64,000 bases of DNA, taken from assembly GCA_030704615.1 (NCBI GenBank), contig CM060733.1, positions 42,842,001 to 42,906,000 of the forward strand, in the 5' to 3' direction. Origin of the DNA: Takakia lepidozioides. Taxonomy: Eukaryota > Plantae > Bryophyta. Within the stretch, counting starts at the first letter, position 1, and every line of letters starts with the position of its first letter. Below the pieces are notes generated by a model. That model did not search any database and was not told the origin of the DNA. It saw only the letters and a program-made list of their open reading frames with translations. Below are positions 61,850 through 64,000 of this stretch, piece by piece. The position numbers and the translations under genes were made by a program.

Positions 61850-64000
61850 TCCTAGAGTATGCTGTCGGTGGTGAGGCTGGAGTGATGACCAGCAAGACCA
61901 CCAGTGTTTCTTCTATGGTGAGGCTGGGTTGATGACCAGCCAACCATATGAGTTCTTGCGGTGGATGCAGGTGCAGGTGCCCTGAGCCATTGGGATATGA
62001 CCCTTAAACTGCAACAGGTGCCCACCCGTGTCACTATTAGATTAGTACTAGAGCCGTATAGTGTCACGTGGAGGAGGTGCACATTGTGAGTGTCATTACG
62101 GAGTTACCCAAGGGTTTTGAGGGGAGTACGGCTACAGGCAGTAACAGTGAGAGTGGGTTCACAAGACGAGGTATTCGGTTCAGACCACCTTCACCGCCAC
62201 CCTTAATTACTGTAGAGTCAGACACAGACTCAGAGGCTTCATCAACAGGTGTGCACTTTCATTCGCCATTGTTGTGGGACGACATGGAGGAGATGTATGG
62301 AGCTACCAAGGGGCCTTGTAGGTACTCTGGAGCTGTGGGCACAATCGAGTTGGATGACTTTATCCAGGAGTTCGACAGCTGGTGTGATTTGCAGCAGATG
62401 CGCAATCCACAGCTATTCACCCCATTCATGGCGTGGAAAGGACTGTTCCAGCATTTGGAAGGCCCGCCTATGGACGATTACCACGAGTTCAGGCGAGGAC
62501 ATGAAGCAGAGATTGAGGAGTGGAGGATGTATTGGTCACCTGACTACGTCTCCATTACTCGAGGCACGACGCGACCAGTAGCTGCATCAGTACCAATAGC
62601 TCCCACTGCCAGCACTAGTAGTGGAGCAAGTAGTGCTGGTACTTCTGTAGGTGGTACCAGTTCAAAAGGTGCTACTACTCCTCCTGCCACTACTACAACA
62701 CATGTGCCTAGATTCAACCCGGTGGTGGAGTTCTTCCAGGAGTTGTGGATGAACTACCAAGGTGTACGGACAGAGAAGCTGCGAAGTTTGCAAGACTTCC
62801 AGTGCAAACCCAGTGAGAGCCTGCGAGAGGCGTACACTCCTATGAGGCGCTTGATAAGTGTGACCCAAGGGGTTACTGAAGCTCAGGCAATCCAGTTTTG
62901 GTATGGAATTCTGGACAAGGAGCTCAAGAGAGGGTGCGAGATGCAACCTTGTTACAAGCAGCCCAACCCACATTAGCAGATGTGTTTCTGCTGGCTGAGC
63001 GGATTGAGCTCAACATGGTGGAGGAGCGAGTTGTCACCATTGGATTTGGCAAGGACATGCCTACACGAGGCGCAGCTGCCAGCCCACAGGCACAAGGTAC
63101 TGCCCAGCAGCGTGGTCAGGAGGGCAAGGTTTCCCAACCCAAGTTCCATGGAGCTTACAGGGGACCTCAGGTGCAGAGGCCCGTGGCATCTTTTGCAGGC
63201 CAACAGCAACCAGGGGTGATATGTTGGACATGTGGAGGACCCATGTCAAGAGAGATTGCCCAGAGAGTGTCAGAAGGCCGGCACAAGCACAGCATGCACA
63301 GTTGCAGTGTGGGCATTGTGGCAAGTATGGGCATGGAGATGCCCAGTGTTATGACTTGCATCCTGAGTTGCGCCCAGGGCAGTTCCAAGGGAACAATGGT
63401 GGCCGGGGGCGAGGTGGACCAGCCCAGAGAGGACGAGTTGGTCGGGCACGAGGTGCAGGCCAAGGGCAAGCTCAACATGGCCAAGGACGCGGAGGTCAGG
63501 GTGTTGATCAAGGCATGGCCAACCGGCTTCAGCAGCTAGAGCAGAGGCTCGCTGCCATGGCTATAGCTCAGGCGGTTACCGGCTCCCAGGCGGGATGGTC
63601 CACCTCCTGCTCCTGAGGGAGGAGATATGGGAGACATGGGATTTATGTGCGGAGCAGCACTACCACTAGAGCAGGTGGAGTCTGCTGCAGCCGTGACTCG
63701 AGGAGCAGCACGAGTTCCTGAACCACGAGGTGCAGAGGTGGAATTGGATCCACAGCGTGGGGAGGCAAGCCGTCAGGCGAGGCTTCCTCAGTCATTCACA
63801 TTGGCGGAGACTGTATCGACGCCATCCATGGCACCTAGTTCTCGCCCAACTGTTCCCGAGGCGGAGGTTACTATGCCATTGGGGAGAGCTACACATGCAA
63901 CATTGACTCCTGCTGCCAAGGCTAGTGCGGCCGGTGTGTTGTTGGGGGCAGCCACCTCTGTGTGTCAAGCCCCACTGTTCTCGGCAACCATGATTGCGAC
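61850..64000 (+). mobile_element. Ty3/gypsy leader and gag with two zinc knuckles, frameshifted, running off the window
   Basis: ORF 62068-62976 encodes gag (FQ.KPSESLREAY..MRRLI). Knuckles CWTCGGPHVKRDC and CGHCGKYGHGDAQC are followed by a G/R-rich tail. Confidence 0.88.

Overview
This is eukaryotic, intron-rich plant-like DNA, probably from a non-seed land plant (inference from the gene and transposon types). Three host genes are present: cytosolic HSP90 (minus strand, with heat-shock elements), an ATAD2-type AAA+/bromodomain gene (minus strand), and a multi-exon LRR/RNI-like gene (plus strand). Nested transposons fill most of the rest. The main finding is an 11.35-kb Mutator-like (MULE) element at 17745-29093, bounded by an exact 10-bp direct repeat (GAAAAGATGG). 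It carries two head-to-head genes. One is a GCM/WRKY-like + DDE + SWIM transposase with three frameshifts. The other is an apparently intact 9-exon gene of about 1084 aa that fuses a ParB/Srx-like domain (DGNHR) to a beta-class N6A/N4C DNA-methyltransferase fold, with the catalytic motif changed to DIPD. Two introns of that gene hold regularly spaced 22-26-bp palindromes (TGAATGTCGTTGACGACATTCA) that are far better conserved than their spacers, so they are candidate parS-like or VANC-target-like binding sites. Relatives of the element occur at 29.3, 31.1-37.1, 50.8 and 57.3-59.5 kb. Separately, a Ty3/gypsy family (fragments at 16.6-17.6, 44.1-45.7, 47.4-47.8 and 61.9-64 kb) appears to carry a C5 cytosine methyltransferase. 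All domain calls come from motif recognition by eye; no database searches were run.
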